64,000 nt of DNA from a virus: IMG/VR virus record IMGVR_UViG_3300008459_000008, positions 32,001-96,000 of that record. One strand, given 5' to 3'. Below are positions 22,376 to 30,826 of the stretch, piece after piece. The notes below the pieces were generated by a model. That model was not told the DNA's origin. It ran no database searches and worked only from the letters and a program-made list of their open reading frames with translations. The translations under genes and the position numbers were made by a program. Within the stretch, counting starts at the first letter, position 1; each line of letters opens with the position of its first letter.

Positions 22376-25300
22376 ATGAAAAAGTTTCTTCTACTAATTC
22401 TATTGACACTAACTTCCGTTCTGTCCTTTGGGCAGACGGAAGTTGATATTTGGAAAAAATCCAACAAAAAAATATTTTCTCAAAGAAAATTTACATTTCC
22501 AAAAACATTTGTTTCCAAATCACCATCAGGTAAACAATTGACTTACCAACGTGTGGAACATCCATATATCAAGATAGAAACATCTAGTGGTAAGAAATGG
22601 ACAAAGAAACCAATTATTTATCAATCTACTTCAGATTTTGGTGTAATAACATATGACGGTAAAAATTGGAGTGGTATACATACAGAGGATGGATACAATG
22701 TAAGTAACTTGACGAAAGAAAAGGTTACTAATGTCAAAATGGATGCTGAAAAATTCAGTTTTGGTGAAGGAGATGTTTTACTCGCGCCCACAAAATCAAA
22801 TAAAAAGATAGGAAGGTCAATCCAAAACAATCCAAATTTTTATGATCCTTACATCAGAATTAATAAAACTTGTGGAGTTTATGTGGAAGTAACAAATGAT
22901 TTATATAAATTTTGGGGTTCAGATACTGGTAGAGTAACACAGTATGTTACAACTATACTAACAAATGTTATAGCTCTATATGACAGAGAGGGTATAAATG
23001 TCACATTGAATAAAATTTTTGTTTGGGACACACCTGATCCTTATGGAAACCCATTCGATAATACACAGTATCTAAATCAATTTACAGATAACATCAACAA
23101 AAATATACCAACTACACCAGAATCTCATTTTAAACACTTATTACACAATAAGAATTTGGGTGGTATAGCTTGGATAAATGGTGAATCAGATGGATACATC
23201 ACATCTGCAAATCTTGATCCATACTATACCTGTGCGGTCACAGGAATTGGTTCAAATATAGTAGTTAATTCTAATGTCACTTATTCTTGGCCAGTAATGT
23301 GTTTCACACATGAAATGGGACACAATCTTGGTTCAAAACATACTCATTGGTGTGGATGGAAAAATGAATCCAATCAAGCCATAGGTAGAATTGACAGTTG
23401 TTACAGAGGAGAAAGCACAGATGGGCCAGATAATTGCACGTCATCTACTTATACAGTAGTTAAATCAAACAACAGAGGCTCTGTAATGAGTTATTGTCAT
23501 CTGAATGGTGCCATAAGTTTCACAACTGGATTTGGTAGATTACCAAGATATTCAATAAGATCTAATCTAAATGATGCACCAGAGGTGCCATTTGACACAC
23601 CACAAGTTCCAACAGTAACTATTGATACTGGTACTCAAAAAACAGCTACTTCTGTTTTAATGACTGGAAATATTGTAATGACTGGAGAAACTATAATTCA
23701 AGAAAGAGGTTTCGTGTGGACAAATTCACAAATCATAATGCCTACATTGAATTTGACAACTAAAATTGCGGTCGGCTCAGGTAGTGGAACATTTCAATCA
23801 CAAATTACAACATTAACTGCAGGAGGACGTTTTTGGTTTAGGGCATATGCGAAAAATGCTACTGGAGTTTACTATAGTGATACAGTAAGGGTACAATTGG
23901 TCTCAACGTCTGTACCAAGTCTGACGACAAATCCTGTAACTCTAATTACAAATATATCGGCTCAAACTGGTGGCACATACATATCGATTGGTAATATTTC
24001 AATTCAAGAAAGAGGTATAGTGTACAGCACTTCCAATCAACTTCCTACCGTAGATGACACTAAAGTGATCACACCATCACCAAATAACACAAACTTCGTT
24101 CAGAATTTGACGGGTCTAACTCCCAACACCACTTATTACATAAGGGCTTTTGCTAGAAATAGTCCGTCAATTTTTTCTTACGGAAATGTACAAACTTTTC
24201 AAACTTTACCAAATGAGTCGGTATCTTTTGGAGTACCTTTAGCTACCGTCAATAGTAGTACACAAATAACCCCTAGTGTTTTTATCACATCTACTGGTAA
24301 TGGTGGGGTCATATCTGAAAGAGGTTTCTACATAGGAACTACACCAAATCCTGAAAATAACATACTTAATAAAAGAGTTGCGGTTTTGGGACAAGCCACT
24401 ACTATGGCATTAGCTATAATAAATCTAACACCCAATACACTTTATTATATCAAAGGTTTTGCGACCACTCAATTTGGTACTTTTTATACACCCGAATTCA
24501 CATCCACTACACTTAGGAGTATACTAGTGATGGATGAAGTTAGTGGAATAGAAGCTACTAAAGCTACGTTCAAATATACTATTGGTCCAACTACATCTAT
24601 CATACCATCATCAGGTGTTTTGTTATCAACCAACATAACACCAACTAGAGCAAACAGTCAGTTCTTTTTTCAATCGACATATGTTGGACAAGGACAAGGC
24701 ACAATTGTTGGACAAGACCTACTTCCAAATACGACTTACTATGCTAGAGGGGTAATACCATTTACTTCTGGTGATTTCTTTTCAACTAATATACTACAGT
24801 TTCAAACTACGGGAGTTGTTGGTACTCCATCGGTTAGTACTTTGGGATCACCCACAAAAACAAAAAATTCGATTGTAGTTAGAGGTGAAGTTGTGTCAAC
24901 TGGATCATCACCTGTATTTAACAGGGGAATTTGTTATTCAACCGCACCAAATCCTACTATAAATAATTCAGTTATTGTATCAGGTCAGGGGATTGGTCAA
25001 TATATTGTAACTATAAACAATTTAGTACCTAGTACAATATATTATATTAGAGCGTATGCTACCAACAAGTCCGGCACTTCTTATGGTTCAGAAATTAATA
25101 TTTCAACCAGTGGTGATATCCCAACAATCATAACAAACTCAATCAACAACATTTCATTAACCACTGCTAATGGAGGTGGTGAAATAACTCTTTCGGGTGG
25201 ACGTGTTGTTACATCTAGGGGTGTAATTTGGTCAACCAATCCCAATCCAACAATAAATTTGTCTACAAAAACAGTAGATGGTAGCGGAATTGGCATATTC

Positions 25301-26392
25301 ACAAGTGCAATCACTGGATTGGTACAGAATACGAAATATTATGTCAGAGCTTATGCCATAAATGATAATGGGGTTGGATATGGTAATGAAATTAATTTCA
25401 CTACTTTGCCTAGTCCAACTACAGCAAATGTAATAACAAATATTGTCACAAATATTTTACCAACATCAGCGACATCCGGTGGTAATGTTACTTATGATGG
25501 TGGAACACCTGTGGTATCCAAGGGGATTTGTTGGTCGACTTCTCAGAACCCAACAATCGACCTTACCACAAAAACTATGGACGGTAGTGGATTGGGTCCC
25601 TTCGTTAGTCAGATATCCAACTTGACCCTCGGCAACACTTACTATGTAAGGGCTTACGCTGTTAATTCTACTGGAACTAGTTATGGTGTACAGTATTCAT
25701 TTACAACTTCGTTAGGCATCCCAATCGTTTTGACTAATCCGGTAAGTGGGATTACAATAACATCAGCGAGTGTTGGAGGGAATGTAACTTCTTCTGGAAA
25801 TGCACCTGTAACTCAGAGAGGAATTTGTTGGTCAATAAATCAGAACCCAACAACAAGTGATAATATAGTACCAAGTGGAAACGGAACTGGAGTTTTTTCC
25901 GGAAATATATTAGGACTATCCTCCTCCACAACATATTTTATCAGAGCTTATGCTACAAACTCTTTGGGAACTTCCTATGGATCACAGATTTCATTTACCA
26001 CTTCACCACAATCTGGAGGTACTTGTCAAATATCTGGACTAACATCCTATCTAAATCAAACGAACAAATGGGAATTTAATTACAATATAAATTTAAAATG
26101 TGCTACATATTCTGTAAATGTGTGTAGGTATAATTACACAGATCCTAATAGTCAACCACCTTCAAATTTACAACCAACAAGTTGTGGAGTAAGAAATAGC
26201 ATGAATGCTTATGTACCAACAATCCAAGAAACAAATAATGGGTACATCCAAAAAGAAATGATACCTCAACCGACGGCTTCGACAAAATCTGGTTTTGGTG
26301 GATATTGGTACAGCATAGATGTCAGATGTTCATCACAAAATTGTTTGGGATCAAATTTGACTAAATACTATTTTTATGTACCAGGTATGTAA
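22376..26392 (+). CDS. Secreted-type M12B-like metalloprotease with 8 FN3-like repeats (paralog 3)
   Basis: Signal peptide ending SFG|Q; HEMGHNLGSKH; VMSY; 8 repeats; shared C-terminal domain. Confidence 0.85.
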   Translation: MKKFLLLILLTLTSVLSFGQTEVDIWKKSNKKIFSQRKFTFPKTFVSKSPSGKQLTYQRVEHPYIKIETSSGKKWTKKPIIYQSTSDFGVITYDGKNWSGIHTEDGYNVSNLTKEKVTNVKMDAEKFSFGEGDVLLAPTKSNKKIGRSIQNNPNFYDPYIRINKTCGVYVEVTNDLYKFWGSDTGRVTQYVTTILTNVIALYDREGINVTLNKIFVWDTPDPYGNPFDNTQYLNQFTDNINKNIPTTPESHFKHLLHNKNLGGIAWINGESDGYITSANLDPYYTCAVTGIGSNIVVNSNVTYSWPVMCFTHEMGHNLGSKHTHWCGWKNESNQAIGRIDSCYRGESTDGPDNCTSSTYTVVKSNNRGSVMSYCHLNGAISFTTGFGRLPRYSIRSNLNDAPEVPFDTPQVPTVTIDTGTQKTATSVLMTGNIVMTGETIIQERGFVWTNSQIIMPTLNLTTKIAVGSGSGTFQSQITTLTAGGRFWFRAYAKNATGVYYSDTVRVQLVSTSVPSLTTNPVTLITNISAQTGGTYISIGNISIQERGIVYSTSNQLPTVDDTKVITPSPNNTNFVQNLTGLTPNTTYYIRAFARNSPSIFSYGNVQTFQTLPNESVSFGVPLATVNSSTQITPSVFITSTGNGGVISERGFYIGTTPNPENNILNKRVAVLGQATTMALAIINLTPNTLYYIKGFATTQFGTFYTPEFTSTTLRSILVMDEVSGIEATKATFKYTIGPTTSIIPSSGVLLSTNITPTRANSQFFFQSTYVGQGQGTIVGQDLLPNTTYYARGVIPFTSGDFFSTNILQFQTTGVVGTPSVSTLGSPTKTKNSIVVRGEVVSTGSSPVFNRGICYSTAPNPTINNSVIVSGQGIGQYIVTINNLVPSTIYYIRAYATNKSGTSYGSEINISTSGDIPTIITNSINNISLTTANGGGEITLSGGRVVTSRGVIWSTNPNPTINLSTKTVDGSGIGIFTSAITGLVQNTKYYVRAYAINDNGVGYGNEINFTTLPSPTTANVITNIVTNILPTSATSGGNVTYDGGTPVVSKGICWSTSQNPTIDLTTKTMDGSGLGPFVSQISNLTLGNTYYVRAYAVNSTGTSYGVQYSFTTSLGIPIVLTNPVSGITITSASVGGNVTSSGNAPVTQRGICWSINQNPTTSDNIVPSGNGTGVFSGNILGLSSSTTYFIRAYATNSLGTSYGSQISFTTSPQSGGTCQISGLTSYLNQTNKWEFNYNINLKCATYSVNVCRYNYTDPNSQPPSNLQPTSCGVRNSMNAYVPTIQETNNGYIQKEMIPQPTASTKSGFGGYWYSIDVRCSSQNCLGSNLTKYYFYVPGM

Positions 26393-26494
26393 TAAAAGTT
26401 ATTTTATCAAAAGAATATATAAATAGATTAATAGGAATAAAAACCGAAATAATATATAATTAAACAAAAAGATTTAAAAAAATATAAATAAGTT

Positions 26495-27118
26495 ATGGCA
26501 CTTCCACATTTTACCCAACTTCAAATGACCGGTTCACCTGGTGGACCTGGGTCTAGACCACAAGAACCAGTATATTTGAACCTGTTTGAGTGTACATTTG
26601 TCCTTCCAACAATTGTTGCAGCTCGTTATGGAACAGATGCTGGACCGGGTCTACTTTTACAACAAGCTACAAAAATAACTTTTGACGTAACTCCATCATT
26701 GGAATCAGTTGAACAGAAATTCAAATATTCTGGTAGAGCTTTTATGAAAACCCCAACAAAAACCACTACAGACTTAACTCTTGGATTCAATGTTAACGTT
26801 AATGATACTGGTAGTATGGAGACTTGGAACATTCTTAAATCATGGTATGATTTAGTCTGGAACTCTCAAAACGGATATTTGCACTACAAAGCAGATATTG
26901 TTGGAACTATCATCGTTAACCAACATGATAAAAAGGGGGTTGTTTTAAGGAGATTAACCTTTCAGAACTGTCAAATCAAATCAATTGGTAATCCAGCCTT
27001 AACTTGGGATGGTGGTGAAATTTGGAATTTTGAATCAGCATTTATAGCTGATTACTGGATTGATGAATACATCGATCAGAACTTCACAATTGTGCCGCCA
27101 CTTGTATCAGGATATTAA
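26495..27118 (+). CDS. Tail tube protein (T4 gp19-like)
   Basis: 207 aa with EPVYLNLFE, LTLGFNVN, LKSWYDLVWN, G..HYKADIVGTIIVNQHDKKG, FIADYW pattern of myophage tube proteins; two AATATATA motifs upstream. Confidence 0.7.
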   Translation: MALPHFTQLQMTGSPGGPGSRPQEPVYLNLFECTFVLPTIVAARYGTDAGPGLLLQQATKITFDVTPSLESVEQKFKYSGRAFMKTPTKTTTDLTLGFNVNVNDTGSMETWNILKSWYDLVWNSQNGYLHYKADIVGTIIVNQHDKKGVVLRRLTFQNCQIKSIGNPALTWDGGEIWNFESAFIADYWIDEYIDQNFTIVPPLVSGY

Positions 27119-27120
27119 TG

Positions 27121-27149
27121 AAAAAAGGACCTTAAAAAGGTCCTTTTTT
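27121..27149. terminator. Bidirectional rho-independent terminator
   Basis: AAAAAAGGACC-ttaaaaa-GGTCCTTTTTT between convergent genes. Confidence 0.75.
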
Positions 27150-27413
27150 ATTTAAATTGATTTCTTTTTTTCCCAATCTTTCCTCTTCTAATTGTTTTCT
27201 AGATTTTTCCTCCTCTTCAAATATTTCATTTACTATCTTAATATTTTCTTCAAACATCCAAAATGGCCACTCATCCATCGAGGGTTCATGTGTATTGAAA
27301 TTTTTTTGTAAAAGTAATTTATTTTTTAATAAATTGGTCAAATGCGTTGTGAACAACGAAAATAGCTGACGGTCCGTTGGGAAATGACATAGGAGTGTGG
27401 ATCTCAAGACCAC
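27132..27413 (-). CDS. Small baseplate hub assembly protein (T4 gp51-like); start uncertain
   Basis: NKLLLQKNF...MDEWPFWMFE...IVNEIFEEEEK; overlaps the end of the gp26-like gene in the +1 frame; no ATG before the conserved-looking core. Confidence 0.5.
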   Translation of the reverse strand: MVLRSTLLCHFPTDRQLFSLFTTHLTNLLKNKLLLQKNFNTHEPSMDEWPFWMFEENIKIVNEIFEEEEKSRKQLEEERLGKKEINLNKKGPF

Positions 27414-28263
27414 ACTGACAATATTTTATTAATTTTTCGATACCGAAAGTCATCATTTCTACTGCTGAATTCAAAAACTGAAAAGATACATCATCTATCT
27501 TTTGAAACTTCTCCAACTCAGACTTAATTTCTTCTTGAGTTATTGATGTTTTTCCAATCAATGTAAAAGGGATAATTTTGAGAAAAGAAAGATTAGGTTT
27601 TCTTTTTTGAATATTTTCACGAATGACATATTCGGTAAAAGCTTTTTGAATACCTATACTTGGAGGTATCAAGTAAAATATCCTATCATTTGTTAACTCG
27701 AACCTAAATGAAGATGTACGTGTGTCGAAATATTGTATCAACTTTTCATTGATGTCATATTTTTTGAAGTGATTACGTACTAATTCTATAGAATTTTCTT
27801 CACCACAAGAACACTTCGCATTAGTAGATAATATTGTCCCCTTCTGGAAAGTTAATTCTCTTATTAAAAAAATTAAGTAATACCTATCTGGATCCTTGAT
27901 TTCAAGATATGAACTGATTGTACCATCAATATGTTTCATTCGAACACAAGATGAAAGCATGTCATTCATTTTTTCTATAATATCATAATAATTATTATCA
28001 TCAACCATAGAATATGATTGAATTTCTTTTACTTGAGCAGATCTGACTTGAATTATTGTTCCTTTCGGGTAAAAATAACCACACGGAAATTCTTGTACAT
28101 CAAATGAAAAATAGTGTAAATCACTTGTTTTATTTGTGTTGAAATTATTTGTATATTGTGGGGATGGTGGGATATCTAGTTTTTCAACTTTTATATTGTT
28201 GTCAAGATTTTCTAAATGAATTCTAAGATAATCCTCTTCAGTCAAAACTTTTGAGTCAGACAT
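27319..28263 (-). CDS. Baseplate hub assembly protein (T4 gp26-like)
   Basis: FP.GYFYP..T.IQVRSAQVKEI, DRYYLIFLIRELTF, two CxCG motifs; next to the tail tube gene. Confidence 0.65.
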   Translation of the reverse strand: MSDSKVLTEEDYLRIHLENLDNNIKVEKLDIPPSPQYTNNFNTNKTSDLHYFSFDVQEFPCGYFYPKGTIIQVRSAQVKEIQSYSMVDDNNYYDIIEKMNDMLSSCVRMKHIDGTISSYLEIKDPDRYYLIFLIRELTFQKGTILSTNAKCSCGEENSIELVRNHFKKYDINEKLIQYFDTRTSSFRFELTNDRIFYLIPPSIGIQKAFTEYVIRENIQKRKPNLSFLKIIPFTLIGKTSITQEEIKSELEKFQKIDDVSFQFLNSAVEMMTFGIEKLIKYCQCGLEIHTPMSFPNGPSAIFVVHNAFDQFIKK

Positions 28264-28325
28264 ATGATATATTTACTTTTTTTTTATAGTAAATTATATA
28301 TCAATAGTTCATGGGCTTCGTGAAA

Positions 28326-29018
28326 TTAACCAATGACTGTTATCCTAGCGTCGGTAAAAGTAGTATGTGATGAAACCAGTATTTGATTTGAATTTAAGAT
28401 TTCAACATTCACAGTCACAAAATTATTAATTTGTCTTACGGAATATACTATATCTTGTGTGTTCAAATTATGTGAGACGGTATAACCAGTCGGTGTGCAA
28501 ACAAAAGTTTCTTTATACTTGGTGGGTACTGTAACATAATTATATTCACCAGTTCCCGAGTAAGTACCATCAGATACAGTAGAAATTGTACCATTTATAA
28601 AATAAGCCTTACCGTCATTAACAAATGAACCAGAAGCACCTACTGTCATATTACCCCATATCAAATATTCATAGTTTACAGGCACAGATATTGTTTCACC
28701 AGTGATGTTATATTTGACAGGTATGGCATTTGAACCGGTAAAAGATGTGAAAAATCCATACCAATTTGAAGTCATGCCAACAGACCAAGTCACACCATTA
28801 CCTTCAGGTTTCAAAGCATAATATACAGCTGTATTACTTGAGGTATTTGGTATAGATACAACCATACCAGCTCTTCTTTTTTCCAGTGGTAAATCATACA
28901 TCTCTTGTGTGTTTTCCAACCCACGCATTCCATCTATCCCCAACCTCGGGTCAATTACTGGATATTTATCCGTTTCATATACAGGAGTTATCAGTCCGGT
29001 TACAGGTATTTTATTCAT
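28326..29018 (-). CDS. Putative virion fibre/structural protein
   Basis: N-terminal domain shared with the 932-aa protein (RRAGMVV / RREWGML); C-terminal TVSHNLNTQD H-type fibre motif. Confidence 0.5.
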   Translation of the reverse strand: MNKIPVTGLITPVYETDKYPVIDPRLGIDGMRGLENTQEMYDLPLEKRRAGMVVSIPNTSSNTAVYYALKPEGNGVTWSVGMTSNWYGFFTSFTGSNAIPVKYNITGETISVPVNYEYLIWGNMTVGASGSFVNDGKAYFINGTISTVSDGTYSGTGEYNYVTVPTKYKETFVCTPTGYTVSHNLNTQDIVYSVRQINNFVTVNVEILNSNQILVSSHTTFTDARITVIG

Positions 29019-29019
29019 C

Positions 29020-30789
29020 TTAATTTGTAATATTTACACTTAATGTACCAGAAATTTGGTTCAATGTTCTATATATTTTATACGTAGTATTTTGACTGTA
29101 AGAGTTTGTAATACTCAACGTACCAAAATTGTTACCAAAACTATCCATAGATGTATAACTGTTTGTAGCTAAAACAACCGGTAATCCAAAATAACTAATT
29201 GACTTGAAATTATAATTAGAACTTTCCGGAAAAGCGATATATTTATATCCTTGAGAACCACCTATATTATAAGAACCAAGTGAGTATGTTACCAATTGAC
29301 TTGTCAAATTTGTCACACCACCAGCAGTCATAGTTGAATATGTAGATGATCCATAGTAAGATCTCCAAGTCCATTGGATCTCACCATACTTTCTTATAGT
29401 AGTATTATTTTTACGAAGTCCAGAGATTGAAAAAATTCTTTTATCTGGAACAATAGATGTTACTGACTGTGTATAAGAAAAAGTTCCCCCTAAATCAGTA
29501 TAATTATAAGTCAAATTTGCTGTCATCGGAGCAGGCCAAACATTAGTTGGACTAGATACTGGTGTCACGTCAGCTATAGTAACAGATGTGGCTCCAAAAT
29601 CAGTTCCTTTATCGTAAGTCCAAGAAAATGTTAGGGTACCAATCAATGTTCTACCCACATCAATAAATTTGTATTGATTGTCATTTGTTGAAGATATATT
29701 AGGATGAACAAAATTTAAAGAGGTAAAGTTTGCTAGTTTTTCCGGATAAAGTAAATCGGAAAACATATCCTGAAGACTAACATCATTAAATGATGAACCA
29801 CGATCAATTCCACCGACAGTGTTTATTGTTGGAGTTTCATCTTTGAAAAGTCCCGGTGTTTGATTTGGATTAGATTCAAAAAATAAAAAATATCCAGGAT
29901 TTATATCCACCGCCGGATTCCAAGTCAAATAGTATAAGGGACCCGCAGTCGAACCAGTACCACCTCTAATATCACCTGAGGACAATTCGTTAAGACCGGT
30001 CAGCCCATATTTGTATATACTATTTGTACCTAAATAATCTATATTCAACTTCACTGATGATGTATTACCAAAAGCAAAATCAATCAAATATAAATGATTT
30101 ACTGAATATGTAGATATAAATGGTGTAGAATTTGTTGCATAATAAGAAAGACTTGTATCTGGACCCGTAGCCGAAACTCTAATAATTTCCGGTCCTGTTG
30201 AATCCAAGGATGATAGTCTATTTCCAATATAATAATACCCAACTACTTTTGTAGGAGCTTGGTAACCACCAACTGTTACGTTATCTTGATAAAGAATTCC
30301 CGAATTATATTGGAACACCCATTCTCTAAGATCCCCTGGTGATATTTGAGTTGTGGGATAGGTTGTATAAACTTTGACTGCGTAATCTAGACCATAACTA
30401 TCTGGAACCAAATCCACAATATTATTACCCGCTGTAATATCTTTAAGAGTTCCCTCACCATATTTGAATGGTTGGTTTGTCTTTGGGTCCTTCAAATCAC
30501 CTTGTACAGACGGTGTGGATCCCCAAACTGTCTGATATGAAAGAAATTGTCCACTAGCAGCACTATCTTGTATACCAACTAAATCTGCAACTATCTGAAC
30601 AGCTACTTGGTTTTGTACTGCTAGAGCAGGATCATTGGTTGGAATCTTACTACTCCAAACATTCGTTGAAGGTACGTTGAATAAATATCCATAGAATTCG
30701 TTACCAACACCAAAATTCTTTTGTACCTGAGATTTTCCAAGTAGGTTTTTAAATGCTATTTGCGATTGTCTATCAGAACTTAAAGGCAT
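29020..30789 (-). CDS. Putative virion structural/fibre-associated protein
   Basis: Ser/Thr/Gly-rich and beta-rich; VGGIDRG..F..MFSDLLYP module shared with the 33642 gene. Confidence 0.5.
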   Translation of the reverse strand: MPLSSDRQSQIAFKNLLGKSQVQKNFGVGNEFYGYLFNVPSTNVWSSKIPTNDPALAVQNQVAVQIVADLVGIQDSAASGQFLSYQTVWGSTPSVQGDLKDPKTNQPFKYGEGTLKDITAGNNIVDLVPDSYGLDYAVKVYTTYPTTQISPGDLREWVFQYNSGILYQDNVTVGGYQAPTKVVGYYYIGNRLSSLDSTGPEIIRVSATGPDTSLSYYATNSTPFISTYSVNHLYLIDFAFGNTSSVKLNIDYLGTNSIYKYGLTGLNELSSGDIRGGTGSTAGPLYYLTWNPAVDINPGYFLFFESNPNQTPGLFKDETPTINTVGGIDRGSSFNDVSLQDMFSDLLYPEKLANFTSLNFVHPNISSTNDNQYKFIDVGRTLIGTLTFSWTYDKGTDFGATSVTIADVTPVSSPTNVWPAPMTANLTYNYTDLGGTFSYTQSVTSIVPDKRIFSISGLRKNNTTIRKYGEIQWTWRSYYGSSTYSTMTAGGVTNLTSQLVTYSLGSYNIGGSQGYKYIAFPESSNYNFKSISYFGLPVVLATNSYTSMDSFGNNFGTLSITNSYSQNTTYKIYRTLNQISGTLSVNITN

Positions 30790-30826
30790 CGTGTTTTATT
30801 TTGTTTGACTTAGTATATATATTTTT

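Noticed and set aside
11700-26010. ~295-nt periodic repeats as a CRISPR array or DGR template/variable repeats
   Set aside because: They are in-frame protein domain repeats with synonymous divergence. There is no identical repeat-spacer structure, no adenine-specific mismatch pattern, and no cas or reverse transcriptase gene in the window.
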